DNA of 62,074 bases, the filler included, from Collodictyon triciliatum (Eukaryota): the NCBI GenBank assembly GCA_043381765.1. It is 8 parts of 8 records of this genome, joined end to end, with 100 filler letters (N's around TTAATTAATTAA, not from the genome) between each part and the next. Parts side by side here need not be neighbours in the genome. Positions count along the whole stretch, not along the records: positions 8,650 to 17,196 come from JBHJMP010003385.1; positions 17,297 to 25,849 come from JBHJMP010003386.1; positions 25,950 to 34,486 come from JBHJMP010003387.1; 5 more parts are not named here. One strand, written 5' to 3'. The position numbers were made by a program, and so were the translations under genes. The notes beneath the pieces were generated by a model that worked only from the letters and a program-made list of their open reading frames with translations, was not told the origin of the DNA and ran no database searches. Below, in pieces: positions 14,058 to 26,350 of the stretch. The stretch's first letter is position 1, and each line of letters opens with the position of its first letter.

Positions 14058-14342
14058 ACAAAACAAAACAAACCAAAACAAACCAAAACAAACCAAAACA
14101 AACCAAACCAAACCAAACCAAACCAAACCAAACCAAACCAAACCAAACCAAACCAAACCAAACCAAACCAAACCAAACCAAAACAAAACAAAACAAAACA
14201 AAACAAAACAAACCAAACCAAACCAAACCAAACCAAACCAAACCAAACCAAACCAAACCAAACCAAACCAAACCAAACCAAAACAAAACAAAACAAAACA
14301 AAACAAAACAAAACAAAACAAAACAAAACAAAACAAAACAAA
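14058..14342. repeat. Compound (AAACC)n/(AAAAC)n pentanucleotide microsatellite
   Basis: Directly visible. Confidence 0.95.
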
Positions 14343-14487
14343 GGTAGAAAAAGAAAAGAAAAATTGATGGTGCAGAATGATAGTCGTGCGCATACGAAAG
14401 AAAAATATATTTCATAAGCACGAACAAAGACATACGGCAGAAGAAATTCGATCATTTTGGATGTAATATAATTATCTCATATGTTAC

Positions 14488-15011
14488 CTGCGTCCGCAGC
14501 TGATTTTTCTCACTCTCCAGTATTCTAGTTGATGACTCGAGCTCTGCTATCCGTTGTTGGTACCGGTGAAGATGTTTTTCAGATTCACGTCTTTGAACAT
14601 CCAGCGTAGTCTATGATTATATTTGAATTTTTTTAGAATACTTTTGAATGGTTCAAAGAATAAATGACTTATAATTCAAGATGCTAAAATTGAACTGGAA
14701 TACAAACTCGTAGTTCTTCATTCTCTGCAACATTGTTTTGAATTCGAGGAACCGCAGCAGTTAAAAACCTTTGAAAGTATTCAATCATGCCTTCGTATTT
14801 TTGTTTCCTGGATGTCAGACGAATAATTTTAAATAAAGCTTGATAAAAATTAAGGGAACGTTTCATTATTTCCGGACATTTTTCTCAAATGATGAAAATT
14901 CCCGATAAACTTAAATGTATGCTATAGTTTCGATTGTCTCATAAAGCTTCAAATTTGGAAGAAAAGAAAGTGGGTATACCTTGAAATAAGAGTATTTCAA
15001 AAGAATATCAC

Positions 15012-15107
<96 letters not shown>

Positions 15108-17058
15108 GCTTACCCTGCCTCAGCTTCAATACCATTCATCAAAGATGTATCAACGCGTACGAGTCGACCAATTATTTCGCAACTGCCGTGCAAGAGTTTA
15201 AACATCTAAGTAACATTTAATTAGTATAAGAGACATAAAGTTCCTTTATTGGTTTAAAAGAGAGAAATGAAGATATTTTTGGATAGCTTTTCTTAAATAT
15301 AATCGCGAGGATATTATCTCCGTACAAACCTTCTCCAGGACCTTTCTTGACTGCTTAAGTTCACCTTGTTTTTCTTCATTTTCAATCATAGATGAGCGGA
15401 GACGGTATTGTAAATTGTTAACCTCGTCTGTTTTGCTGCTTTCGTCAAGCTCGAACTATCCCATATAGATAAATTGGGATTATATGATGAATGGAAATAA
15501 TATTTTTCTTCACCAAAAAAATACTAAAAATTGAATTGAAAAACTCTAAAGCATTCAAAGTCCAACGCGATCTTTTATTGACCAAAAAGCAATAATAACA
15601 TACTCTTTTTACGAGTTCCGTGCACCTTGATTTATATTGGTCTACTTCTCTTCTGAGAATCTGATTTTCGCTTTCACTCTTTTCAAATTCAGCCGTTGTT
15701 GCAGACGATTGTTGCATCGCCGAGATAAAAACAGATGTCAATTCCCTTCAAAGTATTGGATTTGAGTTCACGTTTTTCTCCTTTTCTTTCTTCAAAAAAA
15801 AAAAAAACGTTTACATGGATCATAAATAAGAATTTATTAACGTCAATATTTTTTTTTTTTTGCATCTTCAGAAAGTTACCTCGAAGAATCTACCAGAACG
15901 CGGACTAATTGGTCAGTTTGGACAGTGGCCATCGTAGCATAGGAACGAAGGCTTTCCAGAGGAACAGAATCGACATGGGCCTGTACATAAAGTGCACTCT
16001 GTTGAGAAGATACCATAAGGAATCGCCATGTTAATTGCTATAAATTTAAAATACTTACAAATATATCCAAAGTCTCGAAAATGGATGATTGTAATTTATC
16101 CCGAACCCTCCTTATCTTATCCAATCTATTGTTTAAATGCTGGTTTTCTTCTTGGAGCATGCTTACTTTAGACTCCAGACGTTTGGACTATCGTATTTGG
16201 GACAAAATTGTAAAATCGACTTATTGTATACAATCCTGATCAAAAATCACTTCAATCACGGAATTACCTCATTTTCCAACGTACTTCGCTGAGCATGCTC
16301 ATGAGACATGGTAAATTGACTTTCATTTAAATGCTTTTGAAGGGCAGAATTCTACATCATAATTATTTGCATTATTCACATATTATTTGTTGTTATTAGA
16401 TATCTTATTTTGGGTTTTAAACATTATGTTCTTGGATTCCTTTTAAAACAATCACTACCTGGCCCATACACTTTGCAAGCTCTTCTTTTTGGGCGTTATG
16501 GTCTATTCTGAGTCGTTCGTATTTCTCTTTATATTTCAAGACATCCTGGGTAGCAGCTTCTAGTTTTCTCTTTTTTTTCGGTTAACAATTAAGAGCGTCA
16601 AAATCACCTATACTTTCAAATGAAAAATGTATTGTTTTCTTAAAATTGAAACATTTATTCAGACTCTGAAACCTCGGTCTCCGCGCATAATCGATTGCGC
16701 TCTTCGATTTCAAGCCCTAATCTCTGGACCACTTCTGATTTTGCACGGGCTTCGGTAGTGCTGAGGATACGTTGTTCTTGTGCTTCTGCCAACTCCACTT
16801 TCAACGAGGATATTTGTTGAGAAAGAGTTGATATCTAAGCAACAAAATAAATTGATTGCTTGAATTTTATAATAAATTGATACAATAGCAAAAAAATGGA
16901 CCTATGTTTGCAGATTATGGAAAATTATAATCGGCCTTTGGTAAAAAAAAATAAAAAAAAATACACAGAACCTCTTCCTCCAATGAACTTTTCGTTTGAA
17001 CATGTGACTGGCTTTGGTTGTGCAAACTGTCCAGTTTTCTATTCATGTCTCCGAGCAT
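14488..17058 (-). CDS. Multi-exon coiled-coil protein, partial at both ends
   Basis: In-phase GT-AG exons with E/K/Q/L heptad composition, e.g. ISTLSQQISSLKVELAEAQEQRIL, EFEKSESENQILRREVDQYKSRCTELVKR, TTLDVQRRESEKHLHRYQQRIAELESSTRILESEKNQLRTQ. No family recognised. Confidence 0.75.
15012..15106. repeat. (ATT)n intronic microsatellite
   Basis: Directly visible. Confidence 0.95.
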
Positions 17059-17098
17059 CTATATTCAATATAATGAATACAAGAAGAAAAAAAAGGAA

Positions 17099-17196
17099 GA
17101 AGGGAGAAGGGAGAAGGGAGAAGGGAGAAGGGAGAAGGGAGAAGGGAGAAGGGAGAAGGGAGAAGGGAGAAGGGAGAAGGGAGAAGGGAGAAGGGA
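17099..17196. repeat. (GAAGGGA)n heptanucleotide repeat at contig end
   Basis: Directly visible. Confidence 0.95.
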
Positions 17197-17296
17197 NNNN
17201 NNNNNNNNNNNNNNNNNNNNNNNNNNNNNNNNNNNNNNNNTTAATTAATTAANNNNNNNNNNNNNNNNNNNNNNNNNNNNNNNNNNNNNNNNNNNN
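17197..17296. other. Artificial concatenation linker
   Basis: 44 N + TTAATTAATTAA + 44 N. Confidence 0.97.
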
Positions 17297-17616
17297 AGAA
17301 AAGAAAAGAAAAGAAAAGAAAAGAAAAGAAAAGAAAAGAAAAGAAAAGAAAAGAAAAGAAAAGAAAAGAAAAGAAAAGAAAAGAAAAGAAACGAAACGAA
17401 AAAGAAAAGAAAAGAAAAAGAAAAAAAGAAAAGAAAAGAAAAAAAGAAAAGAAAGAAAAGAAAAAGAAAAAGAAAAAAAGAAAAGAAAAGAAAAAAAAGA
17501 AAAGAAAAAGAAAAAAGAAAGAAAAAGAAAAAAGAAAGAAAGAGAAAGAAAGAAAAAAGAAAAGGAGAAAAGAAAAAGAAAAGAAAAAGTACAGAAAAAG
17601 AAAAAGAAAAGAAAAA
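17297..17616. repeat. (GAAAA)n and degenerate A/G-rich repeat
   Basis: Directly visible. Confidence 0.9.
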
Positions 17617-18531
17617 GGTTCACGCGTTCGAGGCGCAGTGTTGTCAGCGACTTTGCTTTGCGCAGTGCGTTTCGCGATTCGTGTTTTGCGCCGGGTTTTC
17701 GTTGATGCGATGGCTTCGCGAGAAAAGGGCGGAATGCGCGTGGTTCATCATGATTTCCATCACGCTTCTGTTTTGCGAAACATGCGATGTAGTCGAAGTG
17801 TTGCGGCTTTCATCATCGGCTGGCTCTATCTCCATGTACTCGGCTTGAATGGTCTTCAGATCAGAGGGCTCTTGAACAGGACATCCTAGTATTGGATTAG
17901 CATCTGCTGTGATTCAGTTTTGAAAAAAGATTGTAGTCTGAGCAAGAAGAAAAAGAGAAAGTAGGAGTCCGATGCATTTATTCTTGCAAGAGATATAAAA
18001 TGTATAGACATTGAAGGTAAAAAAAAAACAAAAACAAAAAAAAAAACGACTAATACAAGCAAAGTGGATTGTGGATAATGAGAAAATGTAAGGTAGTTTT
18101 ATATGATGTTTGGAAAGAAATCGCAAAATCTTGAATGTGAAAAAAAAAATCGCGTATTTTGCAAAGCAAACAAGAAAGCATAAATTCTACATGATTTTGT
18201 CGATATCACTAATTCCTACGAGAAAAAAAAAGTTCAGACTCCAGCCCAAAGGCAAATTGAATGACTTTTTTATGCTAATATTTATCTGCAAAAATCAATA
18301 AATTACCAAATGGTGCATCTAAGGGAAAGAGAAAAGTGGGTTGGTGGTTAGGTCGACAAAGTTTCAAATATCTGCTTGCAGCATCATTCTCATTAAAAGC
18401 AAGCTGAACATGGCAACGTCGCAGTATTCCCATAAGAAATTAAGGTTATGTAGTTACAATACTTGATAAAAAAAAATTGTGAAAAACTCATAAAATTAAT
18501 AGGCAATCCATATAATTACAAAACTTTTTTA

Positions 18532-21500
18532 TTACAAATACTCCAAAAGAAAGGCATCGTTTCTTTCTTTTGCGTAGAAAAACTTCATCCAATCGTCGAC
18601 TATTTTTGGGTCTCCTAATGCGTTCAATACTACTTTTTCGCACGAATGTATCCTTGATGATGCATAGCTTTTCTTGGAGCTCTCAACTTTCATCATAATT
18701 TCAGCAGCTTCAGATACGCTTAACTGACACTCTGTGTTCCTATGAACAGAGTCATAACCCGACACCAACAGCTTGATATCGTATGAAACAGGCATGGTAA
18801 AAACGTCATGATAATAGCATGGAGGCTTGATAGTCTCGAAAACCTGTACATTGATTTTGTTAGGAGACAAATTAATGATTGCCATTTTGGTTTGAATGAG
18901 AAACAAACACGGTGCACCTGACTATAACAAAGTGGAGAGCATCGACACAAGCCACAAGTGACCTTTGGCAGCACAAGCTGAAGTTTGTGTAGTACAGCGA
19001 ACTGAATGCAAATGTTCATAGAAACAAGCACCTAGGTGTTTGATATGTTAAATTTGTCTAGGTATTCAAGATGTTCTGGGCTCTGCATATATTTTCGTGA
19101 AATCCTTACACTGATACAGTCTTTTGTGACATCGAATACAGAGGAAATATCGATAGTGATGGTCCGATTGCCCTCAAATTTGGTATTCCTCTCTTTTGCA
19201 ACATAACTTTGGTCAAGGTATAATCCGAATTCTTTCAATCGATGCATCTTCGACTCCACACCTATTGATATGTGATGGCTGTCTGTTTCTTCCGCATAAA
19301 ATTTTATTTATCAACAACGAGGGACATGCTTGGTGACATCATCTTTGTTTTTCATTATGAGTGAGGTCAAACCAAACCTCGAGCTATCCAATTGTTGTGG
19401 ATAACAGCGGGCTGCACGTTCATTTGTTGAGGGATTTTTTCTATAAAGTATCTCAAACCAGACGGATACATTACTGGGTCTAATACTTTGACAGAAAAAT
19501 CCCGATGACGAAATTGAGAGATTAAGTGATTGAAAAGCGGCTGGTCATGAATATCCGAGACAGTTAGTAGATCGGACAACACTTGGAAAAAGTACATATT
19601 CACGGGTGAACTTTTAGCGAAATAAAGGGAAGGGCTAAGGTCGAAAAGACCTGAGTGCAGACAACTTTTCCTGATGTTTACAGAAAAGGGGGAGTCTTTT
19701 ATTACTATTTTTCGATTGGTAGAAACGATATGTATGCCCATTGTTTGATTTTCAACATGACGTGAAAGGATATGATGCCTTTTCTGATCATATACTTACG
19801 TTGACTTCTCTGCCACATCCTTGCAATAACCCATATTTTTTGAATCGATTGATATGGTTAAAGAGCAACCAGTTTCCATGTCTTCCATAGGATTAGATAG
19901 CCACGTCATATCAACATCCGACATAAGGACATGGAATCCTCTCCTCATAATTTCGAGAGTGATTTTCGGCTTGTTCTCTAATATCTCGAAGTATTCGTCG
20001 GTACCTTTTTTTATATATAGTAATGATTCAAGTAAAGTAAATAGACAGCACCATATGCATTTATATCAAATGCCTGGCCATGTTTAGGGGAATTTCTATT
20101 GTTTTCTGCTTACCATATTTTTCGGAGACCTCAGAAACCCGAATTTCTTCCAAGATATCATCGATGTGTAAAACATTTGTGGTGTGTTGCTTAAGAATAT
20201 TGTAGCTTCGGTTATCCAGGGCAACCAAAAAGTAGTTACCTATCTCAAGTCGCTTCAATCTTGTTACCCATTGGATCGCACTCTCTAAAAAACCCTTCAT
20301 CAAGACATAAAAAATCGATATCTAATATTAGGATATATTGCTGGTGATTCATTAAATGGTTTTTTAAAATATTTGCTAAAGCTTGCATAAAGTAATTATG
20401 GAATTTTAATGTTGATTTATACATGATTTGTTATGGTAGATATCACTTTGTTTTGAAAGCCGAGTTTTTGTAAAAGTTGACATAGTTTGTCAGCGGAATC
20501 TGCAGTCATTTTTTTCCTTTTAGGCTCATAAATCATCTTTTAATTATGTTTCAGAGCACTAAATCAGGCAAAAAAAATGTGACAAACTCTGTAAGCAATC
20601 GATAGCAATCTCATGCGGAGGCATCTCTCTCGTAAACCCGTGATGAGAACCATTTAGTTGCATGTAATCATCCATCGACAATACTGTGCATTTTGTTTTG
20701 CAACACGGAAATCTACTCAGTTACTGATGGTATATATTTTCTCCTTTTTTTTTCCTTTGCAGGAATGCAACAAATCAACCTGACTATCTCAATTGTTGGC
20801 TTCCTAGTTTATTTTTCATTTGCGTTCTCCTTGAATTAAAGATCAAACCATTCTCACAGCCGCCACCTTGGAAGAATCGACTGCATTCACAGACTCCGTC
20901 TCTGCATCGCCCGTTGTGACTACACATTCCCGTGCAGGCTCTTTCTGGTCTATCTGAATTAATTATATATCCAAACAATTAAAATTGTGCAGGTTGAATA
21001 GGACGATGTCAAACAAACAAACAAACAAACAAACAAACAAACAAACAAACAAACAAACAAACAAACAAACAAACAAACAAACAAACAAACAAACAAACAA
21101 ACAAACAAACAAACAAACAAAAAAGTAATTATGCAAGTAAAAAACTTTCTGAACTTTAATAGTAAAAATATTACGAAAAATACATGTTTTCTTTTTTTTT
21201 CCTTTCTATTTCAGAATGTGAATGAGAAGGAAACTCACTGTCCCTTGATTTTTTCACTGCTGATGCATCTTTGGTCTCTTTGCCACTGTGCTTGAAGCTG
21301 CTTAGTCCATCGTGGTTTCGGAGTGCTTTGTGCGTGTATATCATATGTGACTCGGTGGGATAAAACAATACAAAGGCGAGCTGTACAACACACTAGGCTT
21401 CTTAAATGAAAAGTCTATGTTTCGAAAAACATACATATATAAAAAAAAAAGTAGTATATGTTTAAGATTCGGGTACTATGAAAAAAGGATGCTGCCTTGA

Positions 21501-21677
21501 CAAACATGAAGATGGCTGCACGGATTTACTGGCATCAGAAGCAAAGAGCTGAAATGAAGTTAGACAAACGCATATCTGCCAAAGCAGAACGGCGAGCAAT
21601 ATCACGAGGACTCGAATCCTTGGCGAGCGTAGGTGCCTCTTCACTTTTGCCGAGAGTGACCGAGGCGTAGAGGTCAT
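18532..21677 (-). CDS. Type II membrane nucleotide-diphospho-sugar transferase (GT77/PF03407-like) with an EGF-like module
   Basis: Basic N-tail plus TM (RIRVLVILLAVLLWQICVCL); EGF-like CTGMCSHNGRCRDGVCECSRFFQGGGCE; GT77 motifs TITNHGFLESAIQW..NYFLVALD, GFHVLMSDVDMTWLSNP (DxD), HDQPLFN, VIHNNWI..GVESKMHRLKEFGLY. The catalytic exons join in phase. Confidence 0.85.
21010..21120. repeat. (AAAC)n intronic microsatellite
   Basis: Directly visible. Confidence 0.95.
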
Positions 21678-24081
21678 TTTCCCTCGGCCCTGTGTCCTGG
21701 TTTTGTTTTCTGATGCGAGGCTGAGAAACAAAGTCCATTCATGTCGATAGAGTAAACGAGCTGAATCGTAGAGAAGACAGGAAGAACGAGAAAAGGCTTT
21801 GTGTGCCGCGCTGCTGTTTTGTTCGTTCTCTCTTGCGTTTTATTTTCCAGATTGTATAATAATTTGTGGAAATTATGAATTTTAAGTCGCAGTCAATTAC
21901 TTTTCACCTTGATTCATGTAATTTTATTTGTTTTCAACAAAAATAATGTTTTGGCTCCAAATTTGATGCTTGAATCAGACTATACTAAATTCATGGCAGA
22001 ACTTTGGATGTCCGTGGAAAAAGCTTAACTTTGTATTGCGCGTTGTGTGATTTAGATAGTAAAAATATATATATATATATATATATCGGTCGGTGGAGTA
22101 GAGATAGTGTTATCACGCGCAGAATATTATACACGAGGTGGTTGAGCTCCAAGGCACTCTCTGGTTGTATTCGAGGCTGAAAGAAGGGCAGATAAAGTGT
22201 TTGGTCGATGAAAGCACACATGGCGGTTACTTCTCAAAATCGATTCCGACGAGACCTCTCAACTCCCAATATCGGACAAGCTGTGGCTTCCTTTTATATA
22301 GCATACATGGTAAACCTGCAGCAAGCGCATATATCATGATTGCATTTGCATAAAATCATCGTGGCACTGTTTAAATGTTTCTTGGGTGAATGATAAAATA
22401 ATCCGACGGAAAGAAATACCACTAATGCGTTGCCCATAGAATCAAGTGACTAAACCAGCGGATTTCACAGGGCGGTCTGCAGGGAAAACTGTGACCTCTT
22501 TGTTATGACCATTTCTTTACGGAGTTCAGAAAAGGTCGAAATATTTTATTTTTTTTTTGGTGAACAGAAAGTAAATTTACTCCTGCAAAAGGATGGAAAC
22601 GAATGATTATTATTATTATGAAAAACGTGTTCATTTCTGCGTTCAATAATTCAAACATTTATTTATTTCTTTGTTGGTTGCAAAACACATCGTTCAAAAT
22701 TCATGGGAGATTGTTTTCTTCTGAAAAATGTAAAAAGCAGTTTTCAACATCTTTATGAACAGAGCATGAGACCATGTGCTGGATTTCTTCACAAATTCCA
22801 GAGTTTTCTTTTGATTCATTTCTTGCAGATATGCTAAAAGAAGGACGAGATTTACCACTAAAATAATTGGAGAACTAAGAATACTTTTTTCTGAAAAATT
22901 GAATGAGCTTGTCCAAAACTGTGGTTGATATCACCAAATGAACATACTCGATATTTTTTAAAATCCGCTGATGACACANNNNNNNNNNNNNNNNNNNNNN
23001 NNNNNNNNNNNNNNNNNNNNNNNNNNNNNNNNNNNNNNNNNNNNNNNNNNNNNNNNNNNNNNNNNNNNNNNNNNNNNNNNNNNNNNNNNNNNNNNNNNNN
23101 NNNNNNNNNNNNNNNNNNNNNNNNNNNNNNNNNNNNNNNNNNNNNNNNNNNNNNNNNNNNNNNNNNNNNNNNNNNNNNNNNNNNNNNNNNNNNNNNNNNN
23201 NNNNNNNNNNNNNNNNNNNNNNNNNNNNNNNNNNNNNNNNNNNNNNNNNNNNNNNNNNNNNNNNNNNNNNNNNNNNNNNNNNNNNNNNNNNNNNNNNNNN
23301 NNNNNNNNNNNNNNNNNNNNNNNNNNNNNNNNNNNNNNNNNNNNNNNNNNNNNNNNNNNNNNNNNNNNNNNNNNNNNNNNNNNNNNNNNNNNNNNNNNNN
23401 NNNNNNNNNNNNNNNNNNNNNNNNNNNNNNNNNNNNNNNNNNNNNNNNNNNNNNNNNNNNNNNNNNNNNNNNNNNNNNNNNNNNNNNNNNNNNNNNNNNN
23501 NNNNNNNNNNNNNNNNNNNNNNNNNNNNNNNNNNNNNNNNNNNNNNNGATTTAAGGAGACAAGAAAAAAAATTATGTATCTGTCGAGCTGAATCCCGTTG
23601 CTAGTTCTTATTGTTGGGTTTTCTTTCTTTTGGACTTGTAATTCTCCATCATCACCTCGATGAACATCCATTCACTCCTATCTAAAAAAAGAAGAAGAGT
23701 TCATCTCGCTCAACACCCACAAAATCCGCAGGAATCATTGACGGCAAGGCAATGCGCCCATGGCTGCCCACCCCAGACGTCCTCAAGTAACAGCACCGCA
23801 GCCACCCACCACCCTGCAAGACAAGACACGCCTCTCACCCACAAACCCAACGCAGATACCCCTTCGAGATCCTCTCGCAAGTCCACTCCCGCCCGGGGCG
23901 AGCACTCCCCATGGGACACGGCACGGAGGCCTTTGCCGCCAGACAGAAGGCCTACGAGGAGCCCGCCGGCCGAGCCTAACGCCTGCCCGATTCGATGCAG
24001 CCGAGAGGCAAATAAAGGCGGTGCGCGTGTACGCGAATGTATGTGAGGGAGAAGGGAGAAGAGAGGAGGAGGAGGAGAAGG

Positions 24082-24861
24082 CTATGCGCCGTGGGAGACG
24101 GGGTCGAGGCCGGCGAGGGCGAGGGCAAAGCGCATCTCGGGGGCGGAGAAGACAAGGCGTGCGTGGGGGTGGCGGGTGTAGAAGGCCAGCCAGGCGGCCC
24201 AGCGGTCGGGGCGTGTGTGCCTGTGTGCGGGGGTGAGGTCTGCAAAGTCGAGGGCCTCTGCGTCTGCGTCTGCGTCTGTCTTTGTGCAGAAGGGTGGGAC
24301 GGCAAAGACGGCGCGGTCGACGGGCCCCGGGGTGAAGACGGCGTAGGTGTCTGTGATGGCAAAGCCGTTGGGGTCGAGCGGGGCAAAGACCTGGACGCAG
24401 CGGGCAGTGGGGTCGTCCTCCGGGATGGGCTGGGCGTAGAGATGGTCCAGCTTGTCCCACACGTCCGCCCGCACAGACGCCACCAGCCGCCGCCCGAGGT
24501 ACGTGCCGCCCTGCATCCACGCCGGCGTGACCGGCCCCACCGGCAGCCGCGCATACACGCACGACGGCGGGCTGCTCGTGTACGTCCACGACTGCCGGTC
24601 CAGGATGTTGATTGTGCGCGTGGCCCCGAGCGCCGTCCCGTCGAAGCGCAGCCCCTTCACCCCCCAGTCGTACCACTTCAGCCGCGCCTCCCACGGCTTC
24701 ACCTCCCCGCTCGTGGGGTTGCTCGAGTTCGTCCCCAGCACCCCGAACCACGCCGTTGGCCACGCCGTCGGCTGGAACTCAGACTGCCCCTCCGCCCCGC
24801 GCGGGCCCGCCACAATCGCCGCTGCCACAATCGCCAGCGTCACAATCGCTCGTCGGTTCAT
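24082..24861 (-). CDS. Secreted protein, At4g14100-like / ependymin-related, intronless, 259 aa
   Basis: Signal peptide MNRRAIVTLAIVAAAIVAG. Motifs PTAWP, WYDW, SWTYT..C, VGPVTPAWMQGGTYLG..V..VRADVWDK and F.VP.FC match, from recall, the plant At4g14100 and ependymin-related pattern. Strong GC3 bias in this frame. Confidence 0.75.
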   Translation of the reverse strand: MNRRAIVTLAIVAAAIVAGPRGAEGQSEFQPTAWPTAWFGVLGTNSSNPTSGEVKPWEARLKWYDWGVKGLRFDGTALGATRTINILDRQSWTYTSSPPSCVYARLPVGPVTPAWMQGGTYLGRRLVASVRADVWDKLDHLYAQPIPEDDPTARCVQVFAPLDPNGFAITDTYAVFTPGPVDRAVFAVPPFCTKTDADADAEALDFADLTPAHRHTRPDRWAAWLAFYTRHPHARLVFSAPEMRFALALAGLDPVSHGA

Positions 24862-24884
24862 CGCTTCTGTCTGTGCGGGTGCGG

Positions 24885-24959
24885 GTGTCAGTGTCAGTGT
24901 CAGTGTCAGTGTCAGTGTCAGTGTCAGTGTCAGTGTCAGTGTCAGTGTCAGTGTCAGTG
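24885..24959. repeat. (GTCAGT)n hexanucleotide repeat just upstream of the GC-rich gene's ATG
   Basis: About 12 perfect copies, directly visible. Confidence 0.95.
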
Positions 24960-25079
24960 CCTTTTGCAACACCTGTCCTCTGCCCGTTGGATTCTCGTGT
25001 TTTGTGTGGTGGGATTGTGAGTTGAATGTTTGGAGCAGCACTTTCGCTCTGCAATCCGAGTGTGTGAGGGAGTGAGCCT

Positions 25080-25450
25080 GTCTGGATATATATACTTTTG
25101 CGCGGTGGGCGCTTCTGCGCTGTTTCCGGGGCTGGAATGTTGGCTGCGTTGGTGAGGCTTTGTTGGCCAGCCTGCCGCATTTGGTACTGGGTGTTTGCTT
25201 TTGGGGCTTTTGTCTCCGTATTTTTAATACCGCATATATTGCTATTGCTTATTTTGGTATTTTTATTTAATCAAATGATTTTTATTTTAGTATATATTTG
25301 GGTCTGGATTGGCTCGTGACGTCATATGTGGTTGTTGGATAAATATTACGTATGTTCTTGGAATACTCGAGTAGAATATACTATCTAATTGCGGAATAAA
25401 GAGCCTCCAAGGTAATCTGGCCGTGCGTTTTGCCATCTTCTGATTGGCCT
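25080..25450. promoter_or_regulatory. Putative divergent promoter region: TATA-like (about 25086-25094), ATTGG/CCAAT boxes (25308, 25443), CRE palindrome TGACGTCA (25317-25324)
   Basis: Motifs read directly between divergent ATGs at 24861 (-) and 25611 (+). Function is inferred. Confidence 0.35.
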
Positions 25451-25610
25451 TGTCGAGAGGTCAGAAAACCGCTCGCCTGGTTGTGAGTCGGATCGAAATC
25501 TTACTCGGGCAACGTTGCAGCGACCTATCAAGACCCAGTTTGCTTCATTTCCACTCTCATTCAACTAAGTAAGGGAAACCCACAATAAGCAGCCTCCAAT
25601 CCCTGCCAAC

Positions 25611-25649
25611 ATGCTTCGTTCCGTCATTGCCCCGCTTGCATCCCGCGTT
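25611..25649 (+). CDS. First exon of a probable mitochondrion-targeted protein (MLRSVIAPLASRV), rest lost at contig end
   Basis: CCAAC-ATG context, presequence-like peptide (Arg/Ser/Ala/Leu, no acidic residues), then a GTAAGC donor and T-rich intron. Confidence 0.55.
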
Positions 25650-25849
25650 GTAAGCCATCTTTTCCTTTTTTGTTTTTTGTTTTTTATTTTTTATTTTTTT
25701 TCTTGTTCTTTTGTTTCTTGTTTTTTTGTTTCTTGTTTCTTGTTTTTTATTTTTTTTGTTTTTTATTTTTTTGTTTTTTATTTTTTTGTTTTTTATTTTT
25801 TTGTTTTTTATTTTTTTGTTTTTTATTTTTTTGTTTTTTATTTTTTTGT

Positions 25850-25949
25850 NNNNNNNNNNNNNNNNNNNNNNNNNNNNNNNNNNNNNNNNNNNNTTAATTA
25901 ATTAANNNNNNNNNNNNNNNNNNNNNNNNNNNNNNNNNNNNNNNNNNNN
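25850..25949. other. Artificial concatenation linker
   Basis: 44 N + TTAATTAATTAA + 44 N. Confidence 0.97.
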
Positions 25950-26085
25950 CTTTGTCTCTTTGTCTCTTTGTCTCTTTGTCTCTTTGTCTCTTTGTCTCTT
26001 TGTCTCTTTGTCTCTTTGTCTCTTTGTCTCTTTGTCTCTTTGTCTCTTCGTCTCTTTGTCTCTTTGTCTCTTTGTCTCTTTGTTT
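25950..26085. repeat. (CTTTGTCT)n octanucleotide repeat
   Basis: Directly visible. Confidence 0.95.
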
Positions 26086-26350
26086 CTTGTCTCTTCATGT
26101 AAGGGGTTTCAAGTTCTCTGCCTTTCACCGAGCGAACGCGGGATCAGCCGAATGGAGCCGGGCAGGTGCCTTGTTTTCTTTGCCCTCACTTATCGAGCTG
26201 GTAGATAAGGCAGTTGTTTTGGCCCGTGCTTTTAGCCGGCTCGTGCTTTCCTTTCCACGTACGCCCTGGCACGCTGCCTTACCGGCCATTGAGGAAACAC
26301 CGTCATTTGTGTTACAAATCCGAGAAATACCATCTGCTCAGTGGATAACA

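Noticed and set aside
14058..14342. (AAACC)n as a telomeric repeat
   Set aside because: Internal, mixed with AAAAC, and one of many different SSRs; nothing indicates a chromosome end.
21966..22930. Possible plus-strand gene with a GRSAGKT P-loop-like motif or TGA-recoded ending
   Set aside because: I could not assemble a consistent exon chain, the motif lacks Walker context, and no SECIS was identified.
22925..23671. ORFs spanning N runs (also 29701-30180 and 55454-56287)
   Set aside because: Open only because N codons are not stops.
23760..25180. Many overlapping long ORFs on both strands, suggesting overprinted genes
   Set aside because: Expected shadow ORFs of a high-GC3 gene; only 24861-24082 (-) has a signal peptide and family motifs.
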